Source of the DNA: a virus
Lineage: Duplodnaviria; Caudoviricetes
Length of the DNA: 56,446 nucleotides
IMG/VR virus record: IMGVR_UViG_3300023179_000130
Coordinates: 1-56,446 of that record
Reading direction: 5' to 3' (one strand)
Positions 55,334 through 56,446 of this stretch are shown in pieces. How positions within the stretch are numbered: position 1 is the stretch's first letter; each line of letters begins with the position of its first letter. A model generated the notes under the pieces. The model ran no database searches, was not told where the DNA came from, and saw only the letters and a program-made list of their open reading frames with translations. Made by a program: the position numbers and the translations under genes.

Positions 55334-55462
55334 AATTATCTCCTTTGGTGTATAAAATATTGAAGTATGTACGAGATACTTTACTACTTATAATACATTA
55401 ACGCCCCTGTGATGGTTGCTCGTACCAACTGTTGCTTGGGCGTTTTTTATTAGGAACGTACC

Positions 55463-56104
55463 ATAAATTATACCAAAACTTGTAGTGTCTGTCAAGAGAC
55501 ATTTCCGGCTACTACTGAATATTTTCATAAATCAAAAACTGGCAAATTTGGATTGCGACAAAAATGTATCGTATGTCGCAAAAAATCTTATAAAACTAAC
55601 AAAGAATACCATAAAATCAAAAATAGAGAATACTACAATAAAAATAAAAAAGATATATTGAAAAAGAGTAAAAAATATCGTCAAAAAAATAAAAACATTA
55701 TATTGAAAAAACAAAAAACGTGGAGAGAAAATAATAAATCAAAAATTTTAAAACAAAATAGTATTTATGTTAGTAAAAGAAGACAAAACGATCCAGGTTT
55801 TAGAATTCTAATGAATACAAGATCTAGAATAGGGAATGCTATTAAAAAAAATAAAAAATTAAATAAGACTATAAATTTATTAGGTTGTTCTATCGAAGAA
55901 TTTAAGTTATATATAGAATCAAAATTTCAAAAAGATATGAGTTGGAAAAACTATGGAAGAAAAGGTTGGCATATAGATCATATAATTCCGTGTTCTAGTT
56001 TTGATTTAAATAATATAGAAGAACAAAAGAGATGTTTTCATTACTCTAACCTACAACCCTTATGGGCTGAAGATAATTTGCGTAAGTCGAATAAGATTCT
56101 ATAA
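55463..56104 (+). CDS. HNH-type homing endonuclease (paralog of 52739-53332), probable ATA start
   Basis: Frame open from in-frame TAG 55451; KTCSVC..FPA..EYF aligns with the paralog N-terminus; WHIDHIIPC, NLQPLWAEDN. Confidence 0.8.
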   Translation: MNYTKTCSVCQETFPATTEYFHKSKTGKFGLRQKCIVCRKKSYKTNKEYHKIKNREYYNKNKKDILKKSKKYRQKNKNIILKKQKTWRENNKSKILKQNSIYVSKRRQNDPGFRILMNTRSRIGNAIKKNKKLNKTINLLGCSIEEFKLYIESKFQKDMSWKNYGRKGWHIDHIIPCSSFDLNNIEEQKRCFHYSNLQPLWAEDNLRKSNKIL

Positions 56105-56446
56105 ATTTAGCGATAGTTAGATCTTTGAGCTTATACTCATAGTCTATATCTATTTCACGCGAAAACAATTCCTCATGTACATCATATACATGATCGCTGT
56201 GCGCTTTATCTAGAGCATGATTCCTACCATTGCTAAAATGAAACAAGGGTTTAAAACTTCCCCAAGTGTCAAAACATTTTTGTGCAGCGTCGTCTGCTGT
56301 TAGGTTTTCTGGATTGTTAAGCCTAAAATGATGTGAGTCATATGTGATAGGGATATTTGTGATTGGATGAAATATATCAATAAGTTTAGCTACGCTCCAT
56401 GCAGCCTGTCGATCATCATTCTCCACTACCAATCTAGCTTGACAAT
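56046..56446 (-). CDS. uvsE: UV-damage endonuclease UvsE (3' part only)
   Basis: RLVVENDD, YDSHH, PLFHFS, AHSD, E.K.KD. Confidence 0.88.
   Translation of the reverse strand, partial: CQARLVVENDDRQAAWSVAKLIDIFHPITNIPITYDSHHFRLNNPENLTADDAAQKCFDTWGSFKPLFHFSNGRNHALDKAHSDHVYDVHEELFSREIDIDYEYKLKDLTIAKFIESYSTYANYLQPIRVVG

Noticed and set aside
56046-56104. 59-nt convergent overlap of the HNH gene and uvsE
   Set aside because: Explained by endonuclease insertion at the uvsE 3' end; the overlapping UvsE tail lies beyond the conserved motifs
1-56446. CRISPR array or long tandem repeat array
   Set aside because: No regularly spaced direct repeats seen; the recurring short motifs are dispersed and promoter-like
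1-56446. Stop-codon reassignment as in some large phages
   Set aside because: Conserved genes are full length in the standard code and TAA, TAG and TGA all end genes at expected positions

Overview
AT-rich, densely coded segment of a large dsDNA (jumbo-type) bacteriophage genome, read in the standard bacterial code and almost entirely on the minus strand. Left to right it holds: replication/recombination genes (dNMP kinase, DnaG, DnaB, RecA), nucleotide metabolism (PhoH, dUTPase, NrdAB, dCMP deaminase), a membrane-protein/holin-like cluster around a papain-like peptidase, a ClpP / pseudo-DeoC / sigma-factor block, auxiliary genes (ferritin-like, GuaC, SET, glycosyltransferases, macrodomain, subtilisin, trypsin), RuvB with a Zn-ribbon/RuvA-CTD partner, an AEP primase, rIIA/rIIB, a tRNA-Leu(UAA) split by a 206-nt group I intron, DNA repair genes, tmRNA, a SpoU methylase, several counter-oriented HNH endonucleases and a partial UvsE. 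The most notable patterns are: (i) seven interleaved sigma70 + sigma28-like promoters; (ii) most genes behind them avoid the TTA codon while the rest of the window uses it heavily, and the TTA-decoding tRNA needs splicing, suggesting a bldA-like timing gate; (iii) a recurrent GGTGTA promoter-like motif; (iv) a non-canonical tRNA-like RNA after rIIB; (v) a re-targeted RuvB partner. All calls come from manual motif reading; no database searches were run.
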